Positions 31,801 to 39,834 of a stretch of 64,000 bases of DNA are shown here, in pieces. A model generated the notes under the pieces. That model saw only the letters and a list, made by a program, of their open reading frames with translations, did not search any database and was not told the origin of the DNA. The DNA lies in the IMG/VR virus record IMGVR_UViG_3300042382_000102, positions 1 to 64,000 of that record; one strand, given 5' to 3'. Made by a program: the position numbers and the translations under genes. This DNA comes from a virus. Positions within the stretch are counted from its first letter, which is position 1. Every line of letters starts with the position of its first letter.

Positions 31801-33271
31801 ATACAACACGCAAATTTTCAGCAATAGCAGTCTGTTGGTTAACAGAAACAGAATCATCTAGGCTTTCAACGAATTGTTGAATCCAAACTTTTTGTTCTTG
31901 GTTTAGAGCCTTAGAGTTTTTAATAAAGTCTAATCGTTCCTGTAATACACCAAAGTCTGGGTCATACAAAAGAGTAGAACTCTGTTCACCTGTAAAGGGA
32001 TCAAAGCTATTATTACGTTCATCAAACTCGTTATTAGCCCTAATCCTAACTGATCGTTTACCTTGTAATGAGGTACCACGATAGTCTACTAGAGATAGTG
32101 TTTGTGCAGTATTTTCAGTGTCCGCTATATACATTGCCTTTAATTGTTTATTGGCCTCTGTATTTTTAATAAGTTCATTAGGTCTAGCTACATTAACAGC
32201 AAATAAATTAGATTCAGCTTCTGCTACTGCGGCTTGCCTAGTTGGAAAGAATGTTGTTCTTGCATTATCAAGTTTTCTTAATGCTGCAATACTTAATTGT
32301 TGACCCTTAGCGGTAGTAAATGCTTTAACGTCAAGAACACCTTTTTGTAGTAATCCTGCACGTTCTTCACTACCTAAATGTTTAACTTGTACCATCATAG
32401 GCTGACGCTTAAGCCATGTACCATAAGTTTCTACTGGGGGTAAGCTACCATCTAAAATATTCTCAGATGTTTCCTTAAGTTTATTTACTTTAACTCTTGA
32501 TTCAGCTTCCTCAGAAGCTTTTAATAGTTCTTCTTTGTTCTTTAAAACAGGAACCATAGAACTACGGCAATTCCAGTGTAAGGGAGGTCTAAAACGAAGA
32601 TCATCAATCTTATATACTTGACCATCATGGTGAGCACAGATCTTTGATGTTCTATTATCTAACACAGCAGTAAATCTATAACCTTTTAGTAATTCGTTAT
32701 TACGATCCATTACTAGATTAATTGCTTTAGCTTGCGTATTCGTAATAGCAGTTCTAACTAATACCTTAGCTTGCACTTCAGTCATAGTTGTAGTCTTAAT
32801 TACATCAGCAATAATTTCTTTAACAGGTTTATTGTCTGCTAATCCTGACTTAATTTTTCCATCAATCCTAGCTAACTCAGTTGTACCAATACTGTCAAAG
32901 TGATCTTTTAAACTCTTTGAGGCAGTAATATTAGGTCCAATCAGGAGAGGAATAGCATCACTACCTCTAGGTTTTTGTACCCTAAAGAAAGATCCAGCAC
33001 TTCTCTCTAGATTATTAGCATGGAAGCTTACAGAGGCATCTGCATAATCACTAACTGAATTTTTAGTAATCATGTGTAACTCTTTAGTTGCTCGAGTTAC
33101 TTCTGGTTTAACATCAGCCTTAATATTTTTAGATAATAAAATCTTTAATCTTTTCTGATGCCTACGGATGCCTCTAGAAACATTGGTTGATGTCTCTGCT
33201 TCATATAGCCTAGTGTCAGCTAAGTGTTGTACAATACGATCATAAACTTCCGTATTAATTGGTGTTGGCAT
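28853..33271 (-). CDS. MuF/SPP1-gp7 minor head protein fused to a T7/SP6-family single-subunit DNA-directed RNA polymerase
   Basis: N-terminus: VRTA...AVLDNRTSKIC...PPLHWNCRS (C235) and TYGTWLKRQP. C-terminus: DGRGRVY (D926), motif A NDASSSGAQ (D1069), motif B KAQNMVSFYG (K1137/Y1145), WVTFDG, NGNHMNDA, motif C IHDAF (D1387). Confidence 0.92.
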   Translation of the reverse strand: MPTPINTEVYDRIVQHLADTRLYEAETSTNVSRGIRRHQKRLKILLSKNIKADVKPEVTRATKELHMITKNSVSDYADASVSFHANNLERSAGSFFRVQKPRGSDAIPLLIGPNITASKSLKDHFDSIGTTELARIDGKIKSGLADNKPVKEIIADVIKTTTMTEVQAKVLVRTAITNTQAKAINLVMDRNNELLKGYRFTAVLDNRTSKICAHHDGQVYKIDDLRFRPPLHWNCRSSMVPVLKNKEELLKASEEAESRVKVNKLKETSENILDGSLPPVETYGTWLKRQPMMVQVKHLGSEERAGLLQKGVLDVKAFTTAKGQQLSIAALRKLDNARTTFFPTRQAAVAEAESNLFAVNVARPNELIKNTEANKQLKAMYIADTENTAQTLSLVDYRGTSLQGKRSVRIRANNEFDERNNSFDPFTGEQSSTLLYDPDFGVLQERLDFIKNSKALNQEQKVWIQQFVESLDDSVSVNQQTAIAENLRVVFERYNNDKQPWVNFMNVARGEMQYSVVNTSRILDRRSRARSSQFDSYGVAGEPAKVQIFGKYYTFDEIIQKNIDDQRYVRNWATTEGRPLARSLYYTGRTPLYTWFKGTPRIGIDVFKKKIVKYLEDNIPGAKLFFKDKAPTERLVDEFLRNRREDYRRIVDLEFLFGKQRQNYLNQLVEGGLNDKKAIDALSKVLTVVADGKSTDYDSLAINVGKTLRESWNVPEFPFFKPTLQDYHADGSQILTALKDKGYIRVVMRGKTRRSVVDLETGRASGPWRDTVSREVQILNKDMLNLQRANRSALLAKRIGINSPRDKLYVRSGAKTYFDARGNNTGIPIITRRANANYDKILIDNDFADMLNHTMSVQYEVDNEYAGFMEDLVRFRDPRGNVKKYDDLNDFRKLILTRGDQGYSFMQTVKYHRDTGKPFSVVANIDGRGRVYYQGFLTPTGGEVVRPFLNSAKPEDMTPEILRELMIQTGSMLGPATEALTQSGRMEIFLRNEKEILSLGRLMMETTQRDRRIREYLEHPIIRATEAEEVPKISRLAIEYARAHKAVNGDFTNVNKLAEYKTKLMIENDASSSGAQIIGLSTGDRDISINSNVLPTLQKNRLYDLVAMDTVSDPEFQKIQGLRDANVQWTDLQKAAKAQNMVSFYGAGKATQAANIEAKFASVLELKGYTVVTREELRGVTNIIDGKIKEADKLGAENVVFGLKQLKRELNEVVEGETPVGQELLAHARDSHPDVEAFVDKLMNARRGLIGPQDFKAVSEIMSRRLAERAPVTQKFVQFWKEAAKAYVDETQKVDVPWVTFDGKTLYQRYRPKIQTSIEFYDKEANRMVRNIYEDRAEDASLLGKSSLMRAGIGMGVNGNHMNDATIVRRFHLWGRKNGIETATIHDAFFTNIGQAAKSKYALREIYADALEGNTIEKTLLALKAEGMSNETYNKLRQKAIEDGLLNPKNKITRKEILAPIPKGMDWYGIGP

Positions 33272-33325
33272 TTAAACTCCTTGATGCTAGTTAACAACTG
33301 CATCTTGGATGCCCTCGTTAATAGC

Positions 33326-33562
33326 TTATTCTGGTTGTTGTGGATATACAACTTCACCCTCTGTTGGAGGATTATTCATAATATCAGTTATAGCTTGTCT
33401 ATAGGTTGCCCATTTTTCACGAGTAACTCCACTTATATTGCTTGATGCAATCCACTCTGTTTTAGCTAGAATTTCAGCACATTTTTCTTGTACTTCGTTT
33501 ACCTCAATTGGCTCCTCTAGCTTTAGAGGTTTTTGTTTCTTGTTTAGTTTACTGTATTCCAT
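33326..33562 (-). CDS. Small protein resembling phage tail/fibre assembly chaperones
   Basis: L..TEW...WATYRQAITDI...YPQQPE motif; probable start MEYSK at 33562. Confidence 0.5.
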   Translation of the reverse strand: MEYSKLNKKQKPLKLEEPIEVNEVQEKCAEILAKTEWIASSNISGVTREKWATYRQAITDIMNNPPTEGEVVYPQQPE

Positions 33563-33563
33563 A

Positions 33564-35177
33564 TTAAGCTCCTGAATTATTATCTGTACGATTGTTGTCA
33601 TTCATATCAGATACATTTGAGTCAATTCTAGTTGCCATAGTATCTACAAGAGGATCACTCTGAATCTCAGCTATACCTTCTTCATCGTTATACTCAGCAG
33701 GGAGTACATCGTTAAACTTAGCAATAGAGATAAATGTAGAACGTGGAATAATACCTTGCTGGTACCATTCTGTAACTAGTCTCATCCAGTCAGCACCTAC
33801 AGGTGTAGGATTAAAGTCAGCACTTAATGTAAACTTAATGTCTGTTGGAAGAACATCAACATTATATTTCCACTTAAGCATAACTGTAATAATCTGTCTC
33901 ATTGTCTCTGAGATACGAGTATTAAGCATGCCTAATTGAGCAGTCTGAGCAGCATTACGGATTTCTAAGCTTACGCCTGACTCACCTGAAGAACCTTCTG
34001 GCGATAACATGCGGATTCCCATACGAGCCATCTCTTCGATAGTAGCAGCAATACTTGCCTCCATATCTTTTAGAGCACCTGTAGGTGTATCTAGTGCTTT
34101 GATATCATCTCCTGCACGAAGTTTAATCCATGAGCCTAAACCAGCAGCTACAATATCCTCAAACTCTTCATCAGTCATATCTGACATGACTACTGGAGTG
34201 TATGTTGCAGCGCCATAGAGTAAATGATTACGTCTACTAATCTTGTTGTATAGTGCAATCTCACGATCAATTAATGATTGTAGAATTGGTTCAACAGGAT
34301 CAATTTGACCATTTAATGGGTAGGCAGGAATGAAATTCATTCTCTCACCATTCATTAATGGTATTTCTGTGCGTGTTTTAGTCCATGCTGCATTAGCGTT
34401 ATCTGTCTGATACTTAGAAGTAACATTACCATTAATAACGTTAACAGACTCATTAGTGTCTCGTGTGTAAGTATCCACAACAAGTAAGCCTGCATCATCT
34501 AGGTAGTAGTGAGTAACTGTGTCTACATAGTCTGGATGGAATTGATTTTTAGTATAGTCTTCCATATAATAACGGAAGAGTAAACTTGTTAATACTTGTT
34601 TGTTAGTATTACGGTCTTGACCTCTACGCCAGTTAATAATATTCTCTGCTTGAATGAGCATAACATATGGTGATAGAGCCTTAGCTTCTTCTACTGTTAA
34701 TGCGTCTGGGTTAGCAACTGTAGGATAGTCTACTAAGCACCAAGCTCTGGATGACTGTAATTCTTCCCAAATAGCAGCATCTAAAAATCCATGTAGTGAG
34801 GTACCATCAGAGCCAAAAGAAGTACGAATCCAATCTTCAGTTCCTTCTGGGAACATATTATCAGGTAATTCAATAGCCGCTTGTTTACGTAGTAGTCCAC
34901 CCACTAAAACTTTAGCATATTGTGCTGTTAGACCTGGAAGTTCACCTTCAGCACGATAAAAATTGTACTGTTGAGAACTCATTGTAGGAGAAAATGGTAA
35001 CAATAGGTTACTAAAATTTACTGGATCAATTGTATCATCATATGCTCGTGCATGTGTCTGTCCATTTAGAACAGCTCTGGATCGTTCCCAGAGTGGCCGC
35101 ATAGATTCGTATGCAGCATTAGGATCCCCAAGGCTTTTTGTCTTAGCCTTTGATGGGGTCGTTGTTAGGTTTGCCAT
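33564..35177 (-). CDS. Portal protein (DUF4055-like)
   Basis: 537 aa; AENIINWR, ESGVSLEIR, EWYQQGIIP motifs; precedes the MuF gene. Confidence 0.85.
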   Translation of the reverse strand: MANLTTTPSKAKTKSLGDPNAAYESMRPLWERSRAVLNGQTHARAYDDTIDPVNFSNLLLPFSPTMSSQQYNFYRAEGELPGLTAQYAKVLVGGLLRKQAAIELPDNMFPEGTEDWIRTSFGSDGTSLHGFLDAAIWEELQSSRAWCLVDYPTVANPDALTVEEAKALSPYVMLIQAENIINWRRGQDRNTNKQVLTSLLFRYYMEDYTKNQFHPDYVDTVTHYYLDDAGLLVVDTYTRDTNESVNVINGNVTSKYQTDNANAAWTKTRTEIPLMNGERMNFIPAYPLNGQIDPVEPILQSLIDREIALYNKISRRNHLLYGAATYTPVVMSDMTDEEFEDIVAAGLGSWIKLRAGDDIKALDTPTGALKDMEASIAATIEEMARMGIRMLSPEGSSGESGVSLEIRNAAQTAQLGMLNTRISETMRQIITVMLKWKYNVDVLPTDIKFTLSADFNPTPVGADWMRLVTEWYQQGIIPRSTFISIAKFNDVLPAEYNDEEGIAEIQSDPLVDTMATRIDSNVSDMNDNNRTDNNSGA

Positions 35178-35903
35178 TTAAAGATTCTCCTCCATAAGCA
35201 TCCTAACAATTCTAGCAACGATGTCTGAACGAACAATATCGTCTACACCAAACTCGATGATAGGAATGTCAATGTTATGTTTTTTACATAGGTGGACAAA
35301 TTTGAGTATGTCCTTACCACTATTAATGTCACTCTGGGCAGGATCGCCACAGAGGACCATTTTAGAATTTTCACCAAGCCTTGTTGTAATAGCTTTTAAT
35401 TCTTCAAATGTTAAATTCTGACACTCGTCTACAATGACAAGTGAGTTTTCATAAGATCGACCACGAATAGTTTCTAGTGGTTGGATCTCGATTGAACCTT
35501 TATTTACTAGGTATTGATAGAAGCCTAATCCGAAAGACTTTTCTAAAACACTAGTAATAGGCATTAACCAAGGAGCCATCTTATCAGCGATGGTCCCTGG
35601 GAAATGTCCTAAAGATTTTCCCGTAGCTACGTTAGCTCTACTTAAAATTATTTTGTCATACTTCCCTGTTAAAAACAGAGAGGCTACCATAGATGAGGAG
35701 CAATAAGTTTTACCTGTACCAGCGCAGCCAATAGTGACAGTGATAGGATAGTGGCGAATTGCAGTAAGTAGATTATCTTGCTTGTCATTTTTTGGTTGAA
35801 CATGAAATGGCCTTGGGGCCTTAATAACTTTAACATTAGATTGATAATCCTCAATATGTGTAACTTGAGCTTGTTTACGTGGAACTCTACGGGGTTTATT
35901 CAT
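35178..35903 (-). CDS. phoH: PhoH-family ATPase
   Basis: GCAGTGKT Walker A, LGHFPG, IRGRS, DECQN, TRLGE, GDPAQSD, DIVRS. Confidence 0.93.
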   Translation of the reverse strand: MNKPRRVPRKQAQVTHIEDYQSNVKVIKAPRPFHVQPKNDKQDNLLTAIRHYPITVTIGCAGTGKTYCSSSMVASLFLTGKYDKIILSRANVATGKSLGHFPGTIADKMAPWLMPITSVLEKSFGLGFYQYLVNKGSIEIQPLETIRGRSYENSLVIVDECQNLTFEELKAITTRLGENSKMVLCGDPAQSDINSGKDILKFVHLCKKHNIDIPIIEFGVDDIVRSDIVARIVRMLMEENL

Positions 35904-35916
35904 ATATAATTAGTCC

Positions 35917-36030
35917 TTACTTCTTGAACTTAGATACTAGCTTGTCTTGTATTGTAATTGCCCATGATGGTTGCGGAACATGCCAACCAATAACAATACC
36001 TACGGCAATGCAAATTAATGCTGTTATCAT
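35917..36030 (-). CDS. Small membrane protein (37 aa)
   Basis: Manual translation MITALICIAVGIVIGWHVPQPSWA...; GGGGA RBS. Confidence 0.5.
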   Translation of the reverse strand: MITALICIAVGIVIGWHVPQPSWAITIQDKLVSKFKK

Positions 36031-36039
36031 AATATCCCC

Positions 36040-36225
36040 TTATTTCTTAGTAGGTACTTCTGTACCTTCTAGCTTTTTATGTATTTTAATTTCTTTACAT
36101 ACTTCCTTAGACTTTCCAGTCTTAGGGTCTTTAGTCTCTTTACAAACCTTCTTTGTTGTTTGTTCTGCAGAATGAACTGTAGGAACTATAAACATAAAGG
36201 CAAATAATAATATAAACTTATTCAT
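36040..36225 (-). CDS. Small secreted basic protein
   Basis: Signal peptide followed by two VCKE repeats. Confidence 0.5.
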   Translation of the reverse strand: MNKFILLFAFMFIVPTVHSAEQTTKKVCKETKDPKTGKSKEVCKEIKIHKKLEGTEVPTKK

Positions 36226-36234
36226 TTGTATCCT

Positions 36235-36702
36235 TTAAATAAGGGGATGCTCTGGATGAGGAGGTGCTAGCTTACCACCATAACCTGTAGTTACAGTAGT
36301 CTCAGTAATTGTACGCTGTTGTTGTACTGCTGGATAATTTTGTCCATACTGTTGTGGTTGCTGGTTGCCCATAGGCATACCCATTGATTGGCTTTGAATT
36401 GGACCTGAAGACACTCCTGCCATTTTCTCTTGACCCCTAGACCAGGCAGTAATACCTAATACAGCACCCATAGCCATATGAAATAAACCACCGCCCTGAA
36501 GGGTTAATGGAGCCCACTGCCTAAAGGCATCATTTTGAATAGCAACTTCCCAGAATTGTACAATAGTAAATCCAATAGGGAATATAATAAAGTCACATGC
36601 GCATACACACATATACATCATAGCCATTAGTGGACGCCATTTCTTTTGCATCCAACTTTCTTCTTCTTTCTTAGGTTCTTCAACCTTAGCTTCTTCTGCC
36701 AT
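36235..36702 (-). CDS. Holin-like membrane protein (3TM/GTA-holin-like)
   Basis: WMQKKWRP...DFIIFP...FHMAMGAVLGITAWSRGQEK motif with hydrophobic segments. Confidence 0.65.
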   Translation of the reverse strand: MAEEAKVEEPKKEEESWMQKKWRPLMAMMYMCVCACDFIIFPIGFTIVQFWEVAIQNDAFRQWAPLTLQGGGLFHMAMGAVLGITAWSRGQEKMAGVSSGPIQSQSMGMPMGNQQPQQYGQNYPAVQQQRTITETTVTTGYGGKLAPPHPEHPLI

Positions 36703-36711
36703 AAGAAATCC

Positions 36712-37260
36712 TTAAATTGTTAGGGGTAGCCATAGCCATATAGCTTGTGACATTAAGAATGCTGCTACAGCACCTACTCCAATACTTGCTTGGAATAATT
36801 TTCTATTAACTGCTAGTATAGAAGCAGTAAGCAATACAATAGCAATCTGGAATAATGATCCAGCGTATGTATAAAACGGTGAACGCTGTTTAGCTACTGT
36901 TCTTTCAGCCTCTAGCTTACGAGCTTTAGCCATAAGTTCTTTCTTACCTTCACCTGTAGAAGGTTCTGACTCATATCTATCTATTTTCTTTTGAAGCTCT
37001 GCGGCTTTCTTAATGTTGCCTCTAGCTAATGCATTCTCTTGAGAGATCTCAGCTAGGCGACTCTTGATATCTTTAGATTGGTAGAATGACCATGTGTTAT
37101 TAGCATCAATTGTGTTGTTGAGTACTTTAGAACTATTAGATCCACCCATTAAGGTGTTAATAGCAAGCAATGCAGCAAGCACTGTAATAACCCATCCAGC
37201 CTTATCTTTTAAGAGGGCTTCTCTCTCGCTTCTACTTAAAGGTTTAGTTTCTTCTGTCAT
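36712..37260 (-). CDS. DUF4337-like membrane protein
   Basis: LAALLAI...NTWSFYQSK.IK...FQIAIVL motifs; probable start MTEETK at 37260. Confidence 0.6.
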   Translation of the reverse strand: MTEETKPLSRSEREALLKDKAGWVITVLAALLAINTLMGGSNSSKVLNNTIDANNTWSFYQSKDIKSRLAEISQENALARGNIKKAAELQKKIDRYESEPSTGEGKKELMAKARKLEAERTVAKQRSPFYTYAGSLFQIAIVLLTASILAVNRKLFQASIGVGAVAAFLMSQAIWLWLPLTI

Positions 37261-37267
37261 AGTGTCC

Positions 37268-37420
37268 TTAGAAAGGTAAGTATTTAGCAATTAGCCCATT
37301 AACAATTCTGTCTGATAGGTCGTCAGGTAGGAACTTAAGAAAACCTAGAAAGTATAGGCCTACAGCACCATAGCAGAATATCTTTAAACATAAGTCGAAG
37401 GTCTTTTGATACTCGTTCAT
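37268..37420 (-). CDS. Small membrane protein (50 aa)
   Basis: Manual translation MNEYQKTFDLCLKIFCYGAVGLYFLGFLKFLPDDLSD...; ATGA overlap. Confidence 0.5.
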   Translation of the reverse strand: MNEYQKTFDLCLKIFCYGAVGLYFLGFLKFLPDDLSDRIVNGLIAKYLPF

Positions 37421-37914
37421 CGTCCACACCTATTGCCTACTTGACAGTATTGCATTAGCTCGTAACCACCAATAACCATTATAAATAATACAAAGGAAAC
37501 TACACTTAAAATAATAGCTAACTCATTTAGTTCTTCTTCTTTTTGTTTACGTTTCCGTTCATTAGCATTAAATAGTCTTAACTCTTGAGCATCGTCAGCA
37601 TCCATCTCAGCTTGACGAGCCTTAATTTTATTCCACACATCTATCTTACCTGTTTGCATAAAAAGCATTTTAAGCTCTTCTTCGAATGCCCTAGCTTGTT
37701 CTAGAGCCATCTCGATCTGGAGAGCCGTTCCCATATTGGAACCCTTGCCACTTTTCTTAGCCTCTATCAAGGCTTTAGTAGCAGTACTCTTAGCATCAAA
37801 CATCTTGCCTATCATAGGTGCAAGAGAACCTAGGTCATTAGCTACTTTACTAGCTTTCTTAACCATTGATATAGCTGACTGTATGCCAGCAAGAGCCGTT
37901 AGCGGATCAATCAT
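37417..37914 (-). CDS. Hypothetical coiled-coil membrane-anchored protein
   Basis: MIDPLTALA N-terminus, C-terminal TM helix. Confidence 0.6.
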   Translation of the reverse strand: MIDPLTALAGIQSAISMVKKASKVANDLGSLAPMIGKMFDAKSTATKALIEAKKSGKGSNMGTALQIEMALEQARAFEEELKMLFMQTGKIDVWNKIKARQAEMDADDAQELRLFNANERKRKQKEEELNELAIILSVVSFVLFIMVIGGYELMQYCQVGNRCGR

Positions 37915-38066
37915 TTTCTTTTTTCCTTATCCGTTTTGTCGTTGTTCTTCCACTTTAAACAACTAACCTTACGGTTATAAGGAGGACCTTGCCATGTCCA
38001 TCTCTCGCATTGAGGAAGGCGGGGGTCATAACCAGCTAACACTAAGGTAAGAAGAATAGTAGACAT
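37911..38066 (-). CDS. Small secreted Cys-containing protein (51 aa)
   Basis: Manual translation MSTILLTLVLAG...CERWTW.G....RKVSCLKW; fills the gap exactly. Confidence 0.45.
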   Translation of the reverse strand: MSTILLTLVLAGYDPRLPQCERWTWQGPPYNRKVSCLKWKNNDKTDKEKRK

Positions 38067-38681
38067 TTACACACCGAGTACATGGAGTGCATGTGCATAG
38101 TGCTTTTTACGGTCCTCGATACCAATGGTACCTCCGTTAATTTTTCTTGTTAATGTCTCTATATCGCCTTGATCTGCCCATTTATTTAAGTTATTAGTTT
38201 CCCAGAACCAGCAAGCACTCTGTGCAGCACCCTCAAAGGTACTCATGTACTCACTAGCTTCTTCTGCGGAAATACCAATAGACTCAGCAAACCAAAAATA
38301 ATTATCTTTACCTGTTAACTGGATTAGGCCTCTACCAGAGTACCTATATCCATCTCCTGAAGCCTCATCCCCATTACCCATACGATTAGCATAAACCTTA
38401 TTAGCAATAGCTTCAGGCTTCTGAGCGAACTGTTTAGCAAGTTCATCTGTAGGGAAATATTTAGGGAATATCTTACGGAGTGTCTCCCAACGATAGTTGA
38501 GATTTTCTTTAATCATTGTGAACTCACCTGACTCATGAGCGCATTGAGCAACAAATGCTGCTATACGCTTCTCATTATCAATACCATAGTCTGGTAGGAG
38601 TTGTTCTAAGGCATTATGCCAGTACGTAACATGCTTGTTCTTTGGGATAAGCTGTTTAAGTTGGTCTAGTGTTAGATTCAT
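38067..38681 (-). CDS. Endolysin, glycoside hydrolase family 19
   Basis: AAFVAQCAHESG, ENLNY, YANRMGNG, GRGLIQLTGK.NY, INGGTIG motifs. Confidence 0.92.
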   Translation of the reverse strand: MNLTLDQLKQLIPKNKHVTYWHNALEQLLPDYGIDNEKRIAAFVAQCAHESGEFTMIKENLNYRWETLRKIFPKYFPTDELAKQFAQKPEAIANKVYANRMGNGDEASGDGYRYSGRGLIQLTGKDNYFWFAESIGISAEEASEYMSTFEGAAQSACWFWETNNLNKWADQGDIETLTRKINGGTIGIEDRKKHYAHALHVLGV

Positions 38682-38941
38682 TTAAGTGCCTCAAAAAGTT
38701 TCTTTTGTTCGATATACCACTCATTCCAAGCATCTAGGCGGATAGCACATATGTGATATTCAGCATAGTTATGCAGAATAGTCTTAGTAAGCTCTGATAG
38801 TTCAGGCTTAGAGTCAGCCTCTTTTAACTTAGCACATGCCACAGTTAGCTGACTAGGTACCTCTGGGAACTTAGCTACAACAGGTACTGTAGTAGAGCAT
38901 CCTGATATCGTTAACAATAGAATAGCTAATAGGTATTTCAT
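38678..38941 (-). CDS. Outer-membrane spanin (Rz1-like lipoprotein)
   Basis: Lipobox ISGC after a signal peptide; Pro-rich segment; overlaps neighbours. Confidence 0.75.
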   Translation of the reverse strand: MKYLLAILLLTISGCSTTVPVVAKFPEVPSQLTVACAKLKEADSKPELSELTKTILHNYAEYHICAIRLDAWNEWYIEQKKLFEALK

Positions 38942-39327
38942 TGTGTAACTGCCTTATTATGTATAGTTATAACCTCTGGAGGAATCTTACATTGATCATT
39001 GTATTTAATTATCTCACGATCAACATATTGTATTTGGCCTTCAACAACCTGTTTAACAATTAATTCTTTATTAACAACTTTTGTTACTATTTTAGTATTA
39101 ACTATTGCTTTCTTAGCATCTAACTCAGCTACCTTCTTTTCAAGTTCAGTAACTCTGTCTTGCCATACTTTATCAGCAGTCTTATAACCGATTAGAAATA
39201 AAGATGCAAAGATTAATCCCACAGCAATAGGTCTGTAAGTCTCAAATTCCTTTACTAACCATCCAAACAACCCTACCATTAGGGTAATAAACAATAGCCA
39301 AGTAGGTATATAGTTTAATATAAACAT
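38938..39327 (-). CDS. Inner-membrane spanin (Rz-like)
   Basis: N-terminal TM segments, coiled coil, C-terminal Cys; adjacent to the lipoprotein. Confidence 0.7.
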   Translation of the reverse strand: MFILNYIPTWLLFITLMVGLFGWLVKEFETYRPIAVGLIFASLFLIGYKTADKVWQDRVTELEKKVAELDAKKAIVNTKIVTKVVNKELIVKQVVEGQIQYVDREIIKYNDQCKIPPEVITIHNKAVTQ

Positions 39328-39345
39328 TTAAATCCTTTAAAAGAA

Positions 39346-39418
39346 GAGTGATAGTGGGAGTCGAACTCACATTCCGAAGCAATTAAATCCTCGATTCTAC
39401 CGATTGAATTATACCACT
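39346..39418 (-). tRNA. Atypical tRNA or tRNA-like element (anticodon reads UAA/Leu; short variable loop; no CCA)
   Basis: Cloverleaf: acceptor AGTGGTA/TATCACT, D arm ATTC-AATCGGTA-GAAT, T arm GTGAG-TTCGACT-CCCAC; mismatches in the anticodon and T stems. Confidence 0.6.
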
Positions 39419-39606
39419 CTAGTGACGCCTTTTACTGTAGCGACAACAGCCCTAAGGTGGGATCATGCTGAATACCTCATGAACTTAATCACTTGGCTAC
39501 CAGAGGGTTATTTAAATTTGTTTGTCCACTTAACTACCCATGCTAATCAATAGCCATGGTTACTTACCTTTAGGCTTAGGTGGTTTTTTCTTTTTATTGT
39601 TATACA

Positions 39607-39825
39607 TTATTTTTTCTCTTTTTGAGGATATAGAATATCTGATTGTTTATCAAAACAATATTTTGTAATAGTTGTTGTATTATTTACTACCATGTTAGCC
39701 CAAGCTGTTTGAGCATCAATAAAGTCATTGGCTACTTTATTTAAAGTGGTATCAGTAATGACCTTATTAGTAAAGTCATGCTTAAGACTCTGAAAAGAGT
39801 TAATATAAAATTGAGGTGTAAACAT
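39607..39825 (-). CDS. Hypothetical protein (phasin-like helical)
   Basis: 72 aa with AAGGA RBS; FIDAQT motif. Confidence 0.5.
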   Translation of the reverse strand: MFTPQFYINSFQSLKHDFTNKVITDTTLNKVANDFIDAQTAWANMVVNNTTTITKYCFDKQSDILYPQKEKK

Positions 39826-39834
39826 ATAGTTCCT

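Noticed and set aside
28853-33271. MuF polymorphic toxin with downstream immunity gene
   Set aside because: The C-terminal extension has ordered RNAP catalytic motifs and the downstream gene is a typical scaffold.
28853-33271. N4-type giant virion RNAP using hairpin ssDNA promoters
   Set aside because: The protein is much shorter than the ~3500-aa N4 vRNAP, and the candidate promoters are linear SP6-like sequences without an upstream hairpin core.
39346-39418. Stop-codon reassignment with a suppressor tRNA
   Set aside because: Genes are intact and densely packed under the standard code, TAA is the common stop, and the best fold gives a UAA anticodon rather than UUA.
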